Assembly (NCBI GenBank): GCA_965235115.1
Contig: OZ249437.1
Coordinates: forward strand, 48,608,001-48,672,000
DNA from: Laetmonice hystrix
Taxonomy: Eukaryota
Direction of reading: 5' to 3'
Length of the DNA stretch: 64,000 nucleotides
The position numbers and the translations under genes were made by a program. The notes beneath the pieces are model-generated. The model was not told the origin of the DNA. It made no database searches and saw only the letters and a list, made by a program, of their open reading frames with translations. Each line of letters starts with the position of its first letter. The stretch's first letter is position 1. Positions 11,501-24,090 of this stretch are shown one piece after another.

Positions 11501-14500
11501 GGAGTATCATGATGCTCTTGCCCAAGTAGAAAATGGTGAGTTCCAGCATTCAGCGTATCATTGTTTTCTTGCAATTTAGGATGACGTGTACCCTTTTGTA
11601 GGGCTCTCATATTCCTTGAAACCCTGTGCTGGTATTTGAATTTGAAAAGATAAATTCAAGGCTTGGACCATAACAGAGTTGACTGTTCAAGTTCTGTAGG
11701 TGTTGGCCATGGGAAGTAGGTAGTTCCAAGGACTGATAGTTGTACACTAGGGCAGTTGTTCTGATGTGTATGATGTTAGAAAACTGATTGATATTGTACT
11801 TATTGCAGGCAATCCCAACATGATCCCAGCACCAATCATTTACAGCATGGGTGATCCATTCCCCATGTACCAAGTAAGTTAGCATATATCAGATTGTTGT
11901 ATCAGTAAGAACTAAAGATTTTGCAGCTTTGGATATAGTGCCCTTGGTTTACCTAAGTCATCAAAGCTGGGAGAAGCCCCTTGCCCATGCCATAGAAAAA
12001 AATTACATAAAGAATTGTTTTAGGTGTTATCTTCAGTTGCAAACTTCAGATTTGTTTCCAACATGGTTAATTTCTGTGTGAAAAATGTCCCAGGCATTTG
12101 TTCTGCCATTATGTTTTTGGAACATAAAAAAATTATTAAGTGTGAATGACAAAAGTCTGTGGACAAGGAGTTGGATAAAAATAAATGGTGGAACCTATTC
12201 TTTCCAGTTGACAGACCCTTGTGATGATATCACCTTGAAAACTCTTGCCAGCTTCCTAAAAGCAAGAGAAATACGGCGACAAACTCTATGCACAGATTTT
12301 GCCAAAAAGCGTAAGTAATCTTGGGTGGAGACAGTTAAATTTTTTCAGAATCACGAATGTAAGAAAAGGTTGAATCAAGTGGTATCTAGACAAATTGCCA
12401 TTCAGTTCTATATCAAACAAGTCCTTGAAGACAGCCATAGCATGTAGTTGTACATATCCCTGGGGAGATTAATCCGCTTTTCACACCAGAGTTTTTTGCT
12501 TAGAAATTTATGTTTTTATTATGATACTCAAACTAGAAAACTAATATACCAAATTACCACATTTTAAACGGTCAGTCAGGGCAAATTGTCCTACCAGGTG
12601 GCAAATAATATATTTTTTTTTACTTGTTCTAATCCTTTTTTTACATAGAGTACCAGTTCCGCAGGCATCTAGCTGGTGTTTACATTCGTAAGGATCTGGC
12701 TTTGCCACCTCTGACCTGAACTTAACTGATCTTGCTAGGTGCTAACAAGCCAGGAAAACTGGAAATATTGGGGTTGCATTTGTTAATAACAGACCTTCTG
12801 GCACCAACCTGGAATCAGACCCTGCCAGTTTTATGTATGACTCTTCTTTAGCTTTGACTCTGTTAGGATTTCAAGATTTAGTATTCCTTATGGATTATGG
12901 TTCGCACCCTGATGCCAGAGAAATACTTGACTCCAGATATGTGCAGGCTTTACAAGAACCAGCTTTTGTTAATGTTAGACCTAGCTCTCCTTTACAGTCA
13001 TATCTTTATAGAAGAAGAAAGCTTAAGTAAATCTTTTAACTTTGTATTCTTCCATTCCTTTTATTGCCACTCCAATATACAGTAGTTTGAACTGATGGTC
13101 TTTTTCACTCTGAAATCTAACTACTGTTAATTTAGTAGTCTGTGCATGTTTTAATGAGACATGGTATTTTTGCTAAATATTGTGTTATATAGGTAAATAT
13201 TTAAACTGCATAATATTTTAAACAGGAAGTTTAAGTAAAGAAATTGAGACAAGTTTGGTTTCACTGCTTTTTCCATTCCTGGTGATCTCTGTTTAATTAG
13301 TTTGACACCTCCCTCCCCCCCCCCCCCATGCACATGCTTGTGGAAGTGACTACCTAACAAGGTTTGAAGGTGAAGAAGCTCAGAGCAGATGACCATTTCC
13401 TACTCTTTGTTCTTTCAGAGGATAATTTCCGGACCCGCCTCCTCAATATTGACACTGAGAATGCATCGCTGAAGAGGAAAGTAGAAGAGTTGGAATCGGC
13501 CCTAGCAGAGAAAGATCTGGAGTGTAACCGCACCTCAAAACGTCTCCGCAGCATGGAGAAATCACTGGACATGCTCCAGCGCACTACTAACATGTACGAG
13601 CAAGAGAAGATGAAACTTGAGCGTGAGGTAGGATTTCGATCCTGAACCAATATGTACCAGCATAGAAGAATTTGGAAATCTTACTAGTTCAAAAAGAGGA
13701 ACATTTACAGTGTGCAAGTGCCATCCTCTCTCCGATATTAAGTATATTTTCTTAGAGCAGATCCGTTCATCAGACAATATGCCAAGTTTTACATATCCTT
13801 GCTCAGAAGTTCTCATTATGGCCCCTTATGTTGCCAGATTGACACTAGAGAGTGGAAGATCATGCAGGAAAAGTCAGAAAAGGACCGACTACGACAGGAC
13901 TACCAAGCTAAGCTCACGCTACATGGGCAACAGTTCAATCGTGTCATGGTGTGTGCTTTAGTCAATATTTTAATGTAAATGAGTAGATAGACCTGATTAT
14001 TAACAGTTTTAAAAGATACTAACTATTATCTGACCTTAGTTCCACCTGTCTATGCTATATCTGCAATGATTGTTGAGTGTAGAGCTGCAAGTTATCTTGA
14101 TCATTCATGTGTAGGACCTTGAGAAGAAAAAGCTGAAGGAGACGGCCCATCAGCAGATTCGTGTCAAGCAGCAGAAACTTGACCTCTTGAAGAACATCCT
14201 CAACAATGGTGACGCAAGTGATGTTGACAGCCTGACATCTACCACCTCCTCTGCCTCCTCCACTGGGACAAAGACCCGCTGGCAGCAGGCGCAAGCAGCC
14301 CGCTCCCTTGCCAAGTCAACCCCTGACCTGACAACAACAGGCAATGTAACGCGCTCCTCTACTGTTGCAAACCCTGTGGCAACATCTCGCTATGCACATC
14401 AACGAGCCATGACGATGGCATCTTCCAGGACAGGTCCTCCTGTGAAGCCGGTGAGTCAAGAGTCCACAGTATTTTGGCAAGGGAAAAAGTGCCAATGCTA

Positions 14501-17500
14501 AATACTTAATTGTGAATGCGCCTGCAGTTTTACCTACTATTTTTTTGTGCGCTGTGCCATGCTCAAATTTTAATATAACATATGTATGCATGTGTAGTTG
14601 TGCAACTACCAAAAATTCAAAAGTCCTTTTTGCAGGGGGTGTACTACTCAGCCAGGTTTCTGTTTGCCCAAACTTTGGTCTTGTTTTTAATATTTAGTTT
14701 CTCATAGGTTATCATTGTGCTGCTGTTTGTATTGTCAGTGTACACGTGTCTCAGTTGTTTCTTCTCAATTTCAGAACAGAATGTTATTTTTTCAAAATGT
14801 GTTGTTTTTCTAGTTGCTGTTTACAACTGGGCTATTCTTTCTATATGTAGTTTACTGGTGAAAAGATTCTTAAACATCAGATCTGGAGCAATCCTAGGGT
14901 ACACCTATGCACTGAATGCCACTAAATGCAATTTCTCAACTAGTTTAATTTGTACATTGATTTCATGTACAGTAGTTCTTGTGCATGTGAGACTGAACCA
15001 GGCATGTATCTTCAGAAACCCTCCGCATCTCGTTCAGGCAGACCGAAGACACCACCTCCCACCAAACCTGTAAGTGGACTCCGCCGGGCAACATTGGTCT
15101 CCAGTTTGTTAATTTCGTCACTGTTTGCATGCTTTGTGTTTGACTGCACTATTCAAGTTAATTGTTCCTGGATATCATTACTTGAAAGGTGACAACAGGG
15201 CTCGAAACTAACATTTTGGACTGAATGCCCTGGGGGCACCTACCCTTTACAATCCCAGTGCCCACACGGATGATCTCCCTGCCCACCTTTACTGAATTAT
15301 ATTCTTATTAATATCATACCAGTCATGTTATATTAATTAATACATATTAATATCTTTACCATGAATAAATGGCTGGAGTAGACAGCTAGCCAGCTGGACA
15401 GAACCTTAGGCCTGGCATACCATGAGTGTAGTGTATCCCATGTGTGAATGCCCGGCGAGCACTTGCTGGAAATTGTCTGGGTATCCCATCTCCAATTTGG
15501 AGTGCCCCGGGCATGCAGGAAATGGTTAGTTTTGAGCCCTGGACAAGAAAAAGCATTTCATCATTGTTTTTCTGCTCAGTTATCAACTTGGCTAATGCTG
15601 CATACCTTTATGTGGCTATGTTTCAGAAGCCCACTATGAACCCTCGAGGTCACCGAAGGTCAAAGTCTTCTAATGAAGTTTGGCTTGATCACCGACCAGA
15701 TGGAACTTTTGACACAGGTAAATTTTCATAACTATGGTTTTCTCAAGCTTTCTCGTGGTTTTGGCATTGGTGGAAAATTTATAAATCAATGATTTCAAAT
15801 CCTGTAATATAGTAAATTTATGACAGTTACAGCCAAGAGATTGAATGAACATTTTTTTGGATCATACTCCATTCCTTCTCTTTTTAGGCACCCTGCTGCA
15901 GCCAAAGATGAAAAAACGTCGTTCCGTCACTAAACTAACTGAGAAAGACACCAAGCTGGCCTCAAAGTATGTCTTGACATCACAGGTGTTGGACTCTGAA
16001 GGCGAAGTGGCAACAAAACTGGTCAAGGTACAGTCTACTGAAAATCTGATCTAAGGTCATGAAGCTGAAAATCAAGGGGGACATTTCACGTTGAATTCAT
16101 TGCTGTAGCTTACTTGGCTACGCTGGTGTTTGGTTGAAATCATCTAATCATTTTATGTCTTCACTTTAATTAAGAGTATGTGTATATTGCTAAATTCAAA
16201 CTTGGCCTTGCCTGATTGCTTTTGTAGGGTAACATTCTGCCCACAGCTGGTGGTGGCACTGCAGTATTATTTACTGATGTAGAGACCCTCAAACAGGCCG
16301 AGCCAGGAGATCGGTAAGTGACATGTTTCGCTCTGTCCACGTTATCATAATAGTAAGACACAAGACTTTAGACTGCAGGCATTCTCTCATAATATTCTCA
16401 CACACAGCATGCAACTTGCACCTGCACATTATTACTTGTTTTTCAGTCCAAGCTTGCAATTTCTAAAACACAATGAAATGGATGAATTGCAATATAACCA
16501 GATTAATTTTCTCTTATAGCCCTAATTTAAATGCATAAATTTTTAAAGGGCCTAAGCTTGAACTCTATGATATATATGTCAACAGGTTTCTTTCTGTTGA
16601 ATTCAGAATATGGAGGTCAGGTTTGGAACCTTCATTTTGATCAGAATTTCTTTTTCTGAAGTTCATGAGTATAATACTTTCAGGCATCTCTGTAAATTCC
16701 CCTTTTTTATAGAACGAGATGCTGAGAATGTTATTGTACATGTTTTCTGTTTACTGTTTGGTTTATGTCAGTGAGGTTGCATCCCAGAGATGAGATTGTG
16801 AACAGTGAATAAGTCTCTCTGGAGGGTTCAATGCCTAAATGTCTTGCTGCTGTTTATCCGGTGTTAGATATATGTGAATTTTCTGTTTGTACATTGTTCA
16901 TGTTGAAGTTTATGACCATGGTTCCCACGGGCCAGGGAAATCAGGAAAAGTCTGGAAATTTTATATTGGGACCTCCCTGGCTGGGAAAAGACTGGGAATT
17001 GTATCATGTGCTCAAGTCTGCAAAAGGTCCAGGAATTTGATGAACTGACTCAAATTTTAGATGGCTGATTCACAGTCAGGGTACCATTCTTTAATATCGA
17101 TATCCCATGCCAAGAAAAAATGGAAGGAGACCTGGATATGGTCCTGGAAAAAATCATAATGACCTGGGAAAAGTCTGGGAATTTTTGAATACTGATAGCT
17201 ACTATTGATTAGGCATATCTTTGTTTATACTAACCCAAAACCTTAGAATCCTTGATGCTTTACTCTCGAACCCAAATTTGCAACTCCAGAGTGATATGGA
17301 CCGGTATGTTCTTAGCGCACACACACATACCACTGTTCCTATCATTTAATAATGAGTGAACATTATTTCATTATTATTTCCCTTGCAGCAACAAGCGTTA
17401 CAAACATTTATCGCCAGCTGACTTCGAGGGCGAGTGGTCAGATGCAGAAGACAGATGTCGTATTGCAATAGAAGGTCATGGACTTGGCAAGTAGGTGAAC

Positions 17501-18550
17501 GTTTTAGTTTGCAACTGTTCTTCAGATCATTTCTTGTACAGAGATACAATTGTGTACAACTGGGGTTTGCCCAAAAAGTCTAAACCTTTCTTGTCCATCC
17601 TTTTCTTAATGGCTGCCCCTTCTGTTTGGGGCATTCAATTTATATTTTAAATGTCTTCCTTCTGGTAATTCAGGGAATAAAACATCATTGTCCTGGTGAG
17701 TTTGGAATGAAGGTCTATATCACTAAGCTCAACTAAGACAAAATAATGCTTGTAATGAAAGAATATCACTTCACTGCTTCTAGCTCTTCAGTTGTTTCAA
17801 TGTTATAGTTTCATGTAAATGCTGGCAGCTACCATTGCAAGCTTAATTTATTCTCATTTAATGCCTCTAAGGCTGCTCCCATTAAGACTACACATAGTTG
17901 TAAGGCATTAATTGCAAATATATGAAGTGCCGAATGTGGATGTTTGTAATACGGTAGCTAAATTTCCGAAGGGTAACGCTTTGCTTTTGTATCCATGCCA
18001 TCATTCCTGATACCCTGCATACCCTGCCTATGTTGAAATGGCATATAATTTTAAGTAATCCTCAATCATGTACTATCCATACACTTTGTACACGCGCACG
18101 CAAAAATAGATGTCCTTGACAAAACATGGCTTTCAATTGCATTCTTGTTTGGAAAAAAGTCTATAAATTCATAAAGACTAAATTCAATATAGGAAAGTCA
18201 GGGAAATTAAGAAATGGCAGGAATGTACTTGGAATGAAAATTGGGGTCGGACATTTAATTGTAATCCTTGTCTATTCAATGTTCTACTTGAAATGAGTCC
18301 ACCATTTTTGATAGGGTCGTCTGGCTACATGTAGAGAATATCCACAAAGCAACTGAATTTATTTCTTGATCTTAGACATATAAAGCTCTATCTATTCTAA
18401 GGATTCATGATCACAAAAAAAAACATTCTGTTGGGTTATTAGTTATTAGATAAAATTGAATAATGTCATAATAAAGTTAAAAAGATAGCACTAAAAATAA
18501 ATATGCTTCCTTTTTCTTTTTAAAGACGGCCCAAGATGTCCCAGGTGTAG
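2544..18550 (+). CDS. KIF23: Kinesin-like protein KIF23 / MKLP1 (kinesin-6, centralspindlin motor), 23 exons, 913 aa
   Basis: Exons 2544-2554, 7393-7453, 7724-7816, 8090-8125, 8422-8527, 8655-8791, 8987-9111, 9526-9699, 10017-10354, 10514-10593, 11087-11206, 11397-11535, 11809-11873, 12208-12310, 13419-13627, 13838-13948, 14115-14450, 15016-15069, 15627-15717, 15888-16027, 16228-16313, 17389-17490, 18526-18550. All are GT-AG, phase-consistent and sum to 2742 nt. Motifs: VYCRVRP, P-loop [66 protein letters not shown], coiled coil, HRRSKS, and the MKLP1 tail WLDHRP...KYVL...[16 protein letters not shown]. Confidence 0.96.
3888..4358. mobile_element. hAT-like MITE nested in the 3243-6296 element
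   Basis: TIR CAGGGTTGCCAAC / GTTGGCAACCCTG; degenerate flanks CTAATG / CTAAGT. Confidence 0.7.
4749..5074. mobile_element. hAT-like MITE (CAGGGCTCG family), nested and degenerate
   Basis: CAGGGCTCG at 4749 and CGAGCCTG at 5067-5074; internal GTGCCC/TTGCCC repeats; TSD not resolved. Confidence 0.5.
6322..6742. mobile_element. hAT-like MITE, 6-bp TSD
   Basis: TIR CAGGGCTTCAGATAA / TTATCTGAAGCCCTG; perfect TSD GATCCA. Confidence 0.85.
9172..9340. mobile_element. hAT-like poly-G MITE
   Basis: TIR CAGGGTTTCCT / AGGAAACCCTG; flanks ATATT/ATGTT (5 bp) or ATGATATT/ATGTTATT (8 bp), ambiguous. Confidence 0.75.
10840..10990. mobile_element. hAT-like MITE, 5-bp TSD
   Basis: Ends CAGTTATTGG / CCATCACTG; perfect TSD TGACT. 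Confidence 0.7.
12649..12687 (+). CDS. Candidate 39-nt cassette exon of KIF23 ([13 protein letters not shown])
   Basis: Branch-like CTAAT, T-tract and TAG acceptor (12646-12648); GTAAGG donor at 12688; phase 1-1, so it preserves frame between exons 12208-12310 and 13419-13627. Confidence 0.45.
15196..15541. mobile_element. hAT-like MITE, 5-bp TSD
   Basis: TIR CAGGGCTCGAAACTAAC / GTTAGTTTTGAGCCCTG; perfect TSD GACAA. Confidence 0.8.
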
Positions 18551-18884
18551 ATGCTACCAGCACACACGTTGTAGGCACCAACACCTAATAGGTAGCGCCA
18601 GCATCAGCTACACCATTTTGGACCAAAAGCCAGCCCAGGCGTCATCCTCAACTGTACATATATACTCCTGCTTCAACAGGCAACCCTCATTAATCTGCAT
18701 CAATAAAATGGGTTTGCTCACTTGTATCAAATAAATCAAAGGATATCATCTTATTTTGTCATGTGTAGAACCCACAAAAATAATGCAGAAAAGACCGTCC
18801 TTTATGGTTCTGTATGCATCTAGAGTAGAACTCTACTGGTATCAAGGTTAAAATTGGAACTAGTTAAACAAGTTAATTTAACTA

Positions 18885-19763
18885 CCGTAAATGATCGTGT
18901 ATAGTACGCACTTTTTTACCCCCAAACTTGCCTCTGAAAATCCAGTGCGTCTTATACACGAGTCTAAGCAAAATTCACGGTCGGTCGGCACATCTTGACT
19001 GCCGAAAATGGACGACTGGCCTAATGGAGGGTCTTGGCTTGAGTCACTACACCAGTAACTGCCACTTGGAAATAGGCATTCAAAAATACACTACTAGTAC
19101 TAGGCTAAGATATATTCAATAAAGGCATTAGTTTCTTAATTGAAGGCATATTTTTAAAACACTTGGTTATAAACTTGCAACGCAGGCCAAGGCAACCGTG
19201 GAACGCAGAGGTGAAATATTAGTCTTCCATTTTGCCACCAGGCGTCACTACCATAGCACCTAGTGGCGCGTGGTGGTCAAAACGAAACACTAAGGCTGCC
19301 GGCCACGTGGCCTAAGAGCACGTCCTGGGGAGTAATTAAGGGCCTATATCATTTTGTATTAACGGGATATAGCATTAATCGAACCCTTTTCTGAGGAGCT
19401 GGGGCCCTAAAATGGGCAGTTTGGTTTGCTGCTGGTCTACGTGGGGGCAGGGGTTTAGTCAGTAGCAGATCTGAATTGGCTCTGCCTCTGGCCATGATTA
19501 TACCCGTAAGGTACAGGCCCCCCTTTGTCTTATAGTGCCATGTATAACTAAAAATTGCTAAATATATAGGTGTGACCGTTTGTACAGCGTGCAGGCCTGG
19601 ACATGCTAACTGTGGCTGTTGCAGGAGTTCACACCTCGGGTTCTAGCTGCCATGCCGGGATTCTGTGATGATGTTTATAGTTGGATTTTTTTCCCCTTGG
19701 TCTTAGCCCCCAAAATCGCCTGCGTACTATACACGAGTGCGTACTATACACGATCATTTACGG
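18885..19763. mobile_element. Tc1/mariner-superfamily non-autonomous element (CCGTA termini)
   Basis: TIR CCGTAAATGATCGTGTATAGTACGCA and its exact inverse; TA on both flanks. Confidence 0.85.
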
Positions 19764-20219
19764 TATAACTGTGATATTTATTCCATGTCTGATAAGTAGT
19801 TGATCCCACAAGGTTTTTATCAATATAATCATGAAAAAAGGAAACGACAACTAACCATTATTAATATTTACTTTACAAGTTTTTGCTTTGGATTATATAC
19901 TGTAAATAGCTGTGTGTGATCAGTTCTTGGACATTAGATGGGTACATTGTACTTGCACTATGTATACTTTGAAGATAATGAAAGTTTAATAAACAAAAGT
20001 ACTCTGAAAGTTGATGCATTATGATCAATTTCTCAGGTATGTAAGTGTTTATGTATACTCTATTTCAAGTGTTTCAGCAAGAAACGGTAAGTCACATTGA
20101 AACAAAAGGATGATGAAATTGTGGCATTACAATGCTGTTTACTGTTTACAATACAAGATATGTGGCCAAATTCCAATTCCAGGGCAGTGGGTGGAAAAAA
20201 GAATGAAATGATCATGAAG

Positions 20220-20527
20220 CAGTGCTGCTTCCAGAGTGTGGGAGTCCCGCAAATTTTGTAGCATTGGCAGAAATTACAGTGGACTGTCCTAGAATGATGG
20301 GCATTCTAGCGGATCTTGTGGCAGATTTTGCAGTTATATGTGCCTTTCAATCACCTAAATCCACACACACTGAACTATGAAATGGTAATGCCAAAATAGG
20401 CATCGAAAGGGTGCTTTTCATGAAATGAATGCGTCTAACTTGGCTAACAAAAATTCTGGTTGGCCCACTTTTTGAAAGAGAGTGGGGGATCTGACTCCGT
20501 TTTTCAAAATTCCTACAAGCAGCACTG
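20220..20527. mobile_element. hAT-like MITE, 6-bp TSD
   Basis: TIR CAGTGCTGCTT / AAGCAGCACTG; perfect TSD ATGAAG. Confidence 0.8.
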
Positions 20528-21359
20528 ATGAAGTGTATGATTGTTAATGTCTAGCCTAGAATGCAACTTGATGTACTGAATGATTTTGTGTACGTTCACA
20601 TGTTTCCTGCAGGTTGATCAATTGATGCATGTTTGGGTGAAAGATTTCTTAGAGATACCTGTACAAACAGCAAGCTCTTTAAGAAAATGTTCATGTCGAG
20701 CAAATCTGACCTTTTGACTGAGCTGCGAGAATGCCACAATAAATTCGTCATGTATTTCACTGTGCTGCAAACAAACAAACCACTGGCTTTTCCTCCCAAC
20801 GAATTAATCTTCTAGGTCCCACTATTCAGTCAATCTACTAGGTCCAGTATTGGTGGTGCAGTAACTTGAGGAGCCTGAATTTATTTGCTCTTGGTTGTGG
20901 GTTACACCATACGATAAAAACGTACCGGTACTCTTCTATTCTAAACAAAGCAGATAGTACATCCAAACAAAATGTTCAGACATTTTAAAGTGTAAAATTA
21001 TCTTTAGTGATAGTAATAGTAGAAGTGCTTTGTTTTTATTGTGTTGAAATATCTGAAACAATTTTTAAACTATAAACTAATCCCATGCCCCTGTTCCTAA
21101 TTGCTAAGAATTAATAGATGTAAGTTTATTCTGAAGAACATAATGTACAGATATTTGAGGTCATGATGAAATATTGTCAAAGCCAGTGGTGTCTACAGCT
21201 ACAAACGTATACTCTAGCTTGATCCATACCAGTACTACTTTGTGAGGGTCTTTTATGTTGTCTGTTCTCAATAAATTGCTTCCATGCTGAAAGCATTTGT
21301 TGCTTTGTTGCTGCGGCTTATGACATAGGTCGCTACAGTATGGTAATAATAGGCCTATA

Positions 21360-21530
21360 CAGGCTTTCCTGGAGATTTTGGACTTTTTTTTGGGGGGGGG
21401 GGGGGGGAATGCTGCGAGTTTGGGGGTGATCGTAATGCAAAATATTTCCCCTTGGAAATTTTTTTGGGGGGAGTAGCTGAATAATGGGGGGGGGGGGGGT
21501 CCCCAAAAAAAGTGCCTGCAAGAAACCCTG
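21360..21530. mobile_element. hAT-like poly-G MITE, 5-bp TSD
   Basis: Ends CAGGCTTTCCTG / CAAGAAACCCTG; perfect TSD CTATA. Confidence 0.7.
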
Positions 21531-22925
21531 CTATATAATATAAGGCCAGATTTATTTTTAAAATATGTATATATAAAAGAAAACTTTAAAATGGACTGAT
21601 ACATCGTTGCATGTAGTAAAGGCATAGCTAACTTTACTAGAGTCCTTTTTGAAATCCTTTTTAAAAATCGACATCGCCTGATATTAGAATCTAGAAACAA
21701 TCCGTACCCTCCCAATGGACGGTAATTCTTTTTTTTCGGAGGGAGGGGTAGGTGACAGTTGTTCAATTTCCGGAGGGTATGATACTCTCAAAACACAATT
21801 TTCCGGGACTTTCCGGGAGCGTAAGCCCCCCCCCCCCCCCCCCCCCCCGACCCTGCGTGGTATCGTTTCAGCAACTGCTCACTGCCACACTTGGCTGAAA
21901 TCCGGGGATGGTGGACGTCTTTGATCATCATCCTTCCATCAGCTTGGAGGCTTGTTATAAACATAGAACTCGAAACGTTTGTTTATGCCTAGAACTCGAG
22001 TTCTTCAGCTGATGGAAGGAAAATAAGCACTCTACTGCCACCTGGTGAGTAAAGAGAATATTTTGTAGTTAGGACGGGTTGGGGTGTGCAGCCCGATCAA
22101 TATTCTGGCGTTTTCAGATAGGACGAGGAAGTAACTTTAGAATACTGTAGACAAGTGTAGTGTAGAAGGGATACAATACATTCAGCACATATTGCTGATG
22201 TATTGCTATTTTCTATGTCGAGTATGATGGACTAAGTTTATATCTGGGAGGGGACTGAACGTTATGTACGTGTAGCGTCTGCTGGCTTTGTTAAAATATT
22301 TGTTTGCCGTTTACGTAACCTGCTTAAAACAGCGTTAAAACTAAGTAAGACTCTTTTAGTCTTAAGAGTAGACAGTTACTAAGCAATCGCCTGACTGCAC
22401 ACAGACCGACCCCAGGCATCGCGCGACTTTGTATTTGGAGCAGAAAGTGGGGTGACCACAAGCGACCGACTCTGACAGCGCTAACTGGGCCCTACTAGCA
22501 GAGCACTAGGCCTTTCCGTCAGAGTCTTGCTCGTCATATTGTTGAAGGGCCAACTTAGCATTTTAAATAAGATTCAAGCCAAGGACAAAGCCAAAGCCGG
22601 CGAAGGCCCAGCAAGGGCAAGACCAGGGCAAGGCTAGCCAACGGCAATGCCTGTGACACTATCGCCCCAATCGCTGCTACTGCTAGTTGTCATCTAGGCC
22701 TAGGGCAAGGCAAGTATTAACCTTTCATACCCTAACTTGCCAATATGTTTGTTTGCCAAAACAGCCCGATTATAGTCTTAGGGGGACCTGTGACTTGACG
22801 TCTTTACAACAAATTTATAGTGATTCCCCTGCCAGACTTGTAATAATCAACCACAAAAACTTAGTAATACAAACCTGTCCTTAGTAAGATATCTTTTTCA
22901 CTTTACAAGGAGTTCAGGCCATCAG

Positions 22926-23055
22926 GGGTGCGTCTTACTAAGAATATTTCTCATCGAAAGGCGACATCGCCAAACAACCAGTCAATACATAACAACAGCA
23001 AATTTGGCGACTTTGACGGCGATATTGCAGTGACCTCCGTTAGTAAGACGGGCCC
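22926..23055. mobile_element. PIF/Harbinger-like MITE
   Basis: Imperfect TIR GGGTGCGTCTTACTAA / TTAGTAAGACGGGCCC; flanks CAG / CAA. Confidence 0.55.
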
Positions 23056-23363
23056 CAAGTGACCTTTTCTAGTGGTCTGGAAAAACCCCAAGGAAGTTTG
23101 AAAACCTCCGGAATTCCAGAAACCTACCTTCCAACCTCAAGGACTTGTCATACCTTTTTTCTGTGTATTATCTCTTTGATTTAAATAAAATACAATAGGC
23201 CTATTTTTGAATCATAATAAGTTTCTTAAAAATACTTCTGGAGGATGTGTCTGCGAAAAGGATGCGGCGTCCATGAATGGGTCAGAAATTTTGGGTTTCC
23301 CAGAAACATTGGCAACACTGTAATGCCACCATTTTTTTGCTTCAGACTTGACAAAAACAATAG

Positions 23364-23862
23364 GTGAGTAAGTGAGTGAGTAGTTGGTGTTTAACGCCCA
23401 GTCAGCAGTATTTCAGCTATTTCAGGGCGAGAACAAGGTAACTAACTCCAGGCCTCGAATTACACGATGGCATCGACGGCATTTGCCGTCGTGCCTTTTC
23501 CATGTATCGTAAATTTGCCGTTGTGCCCTTGAAAAATCTTATGGTGTTTCTTATGCATCGACAGCAGTTTTTGCCGTGCCCCTGTCAACCTCTAATTCGA
23601 GGCCTGTAACTCAGTCGGTGAAATCCATTGGGTGATAATGATGAGATGATAGGAGGAAACCCGGCAACGGGGCGAACCCCTACTCTTATCGATAGATGCC
23701 AAGGGATCTTTAACGTGCCCCTCCGCATAGACGTATCGTGACACGGCCGGCCTTTGATAAAGCAGTCAGCAGCACTGCTATGCAGGAAAGTCCAGTGCAG
23801 CCGTGGCTCGAACCCATCGATCAAAGATCCCGTGCTCTAACCACTGCGCCACCCCGGCTCCC
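23364..23862 (-). mobile_element. tRNA-derived SINE interrupted by a MITE
   Basis: Minus strand: A box GGTGGCGCAGTGG, B box GGGTTCGAGCC, central ...GTTAAAGATCCC..AAGAGTAGGGG segment, 3' tail GGCGTTAAACACC followed by an (ACTC)n-type repeat. Confidence 0.8.
23449..23606. mobile_element. hAT-like MITE, 6-bp TSD, inserted in the SINE
   Basis: TIR CAGGCCTCGAATTA / TAATTCGAGGCCTG; perfect TSD TAACTC. Confidence 0.88.
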
Positions 23863-24090
23863 ATGGTACATCAGCCTCTCGACTCCATGTTTTGTTTTGC
23901 ACTCTTCCCATCAGTGGTAGTGAATGAACAAGCTGATGAAGGGGGGCGGGGAGGGGGAGTTCAGATAGAACTTGAACTGCAATGTAATGAAATTGTGGGC
24001 CTGTTCTGAAATTTCCAAAGATGTCAGCCAGTAAATTTAAGAAAAATTATAATTCTGATATGGAGGAAAAAAATCTACTGGGCAATTACT

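Noticed and set aside
12746-13085. Overlapping short ORFs in KIF23 intron 14
   Set aside because: No phase-compatible splice sites into KIF23 and no recognisable motif.
21161-21766. 201-aa minus-strand ORF
   Set aside because: Runs through poly-G MITEs (poly-Pro from homopolymers); no domain and no splice context.
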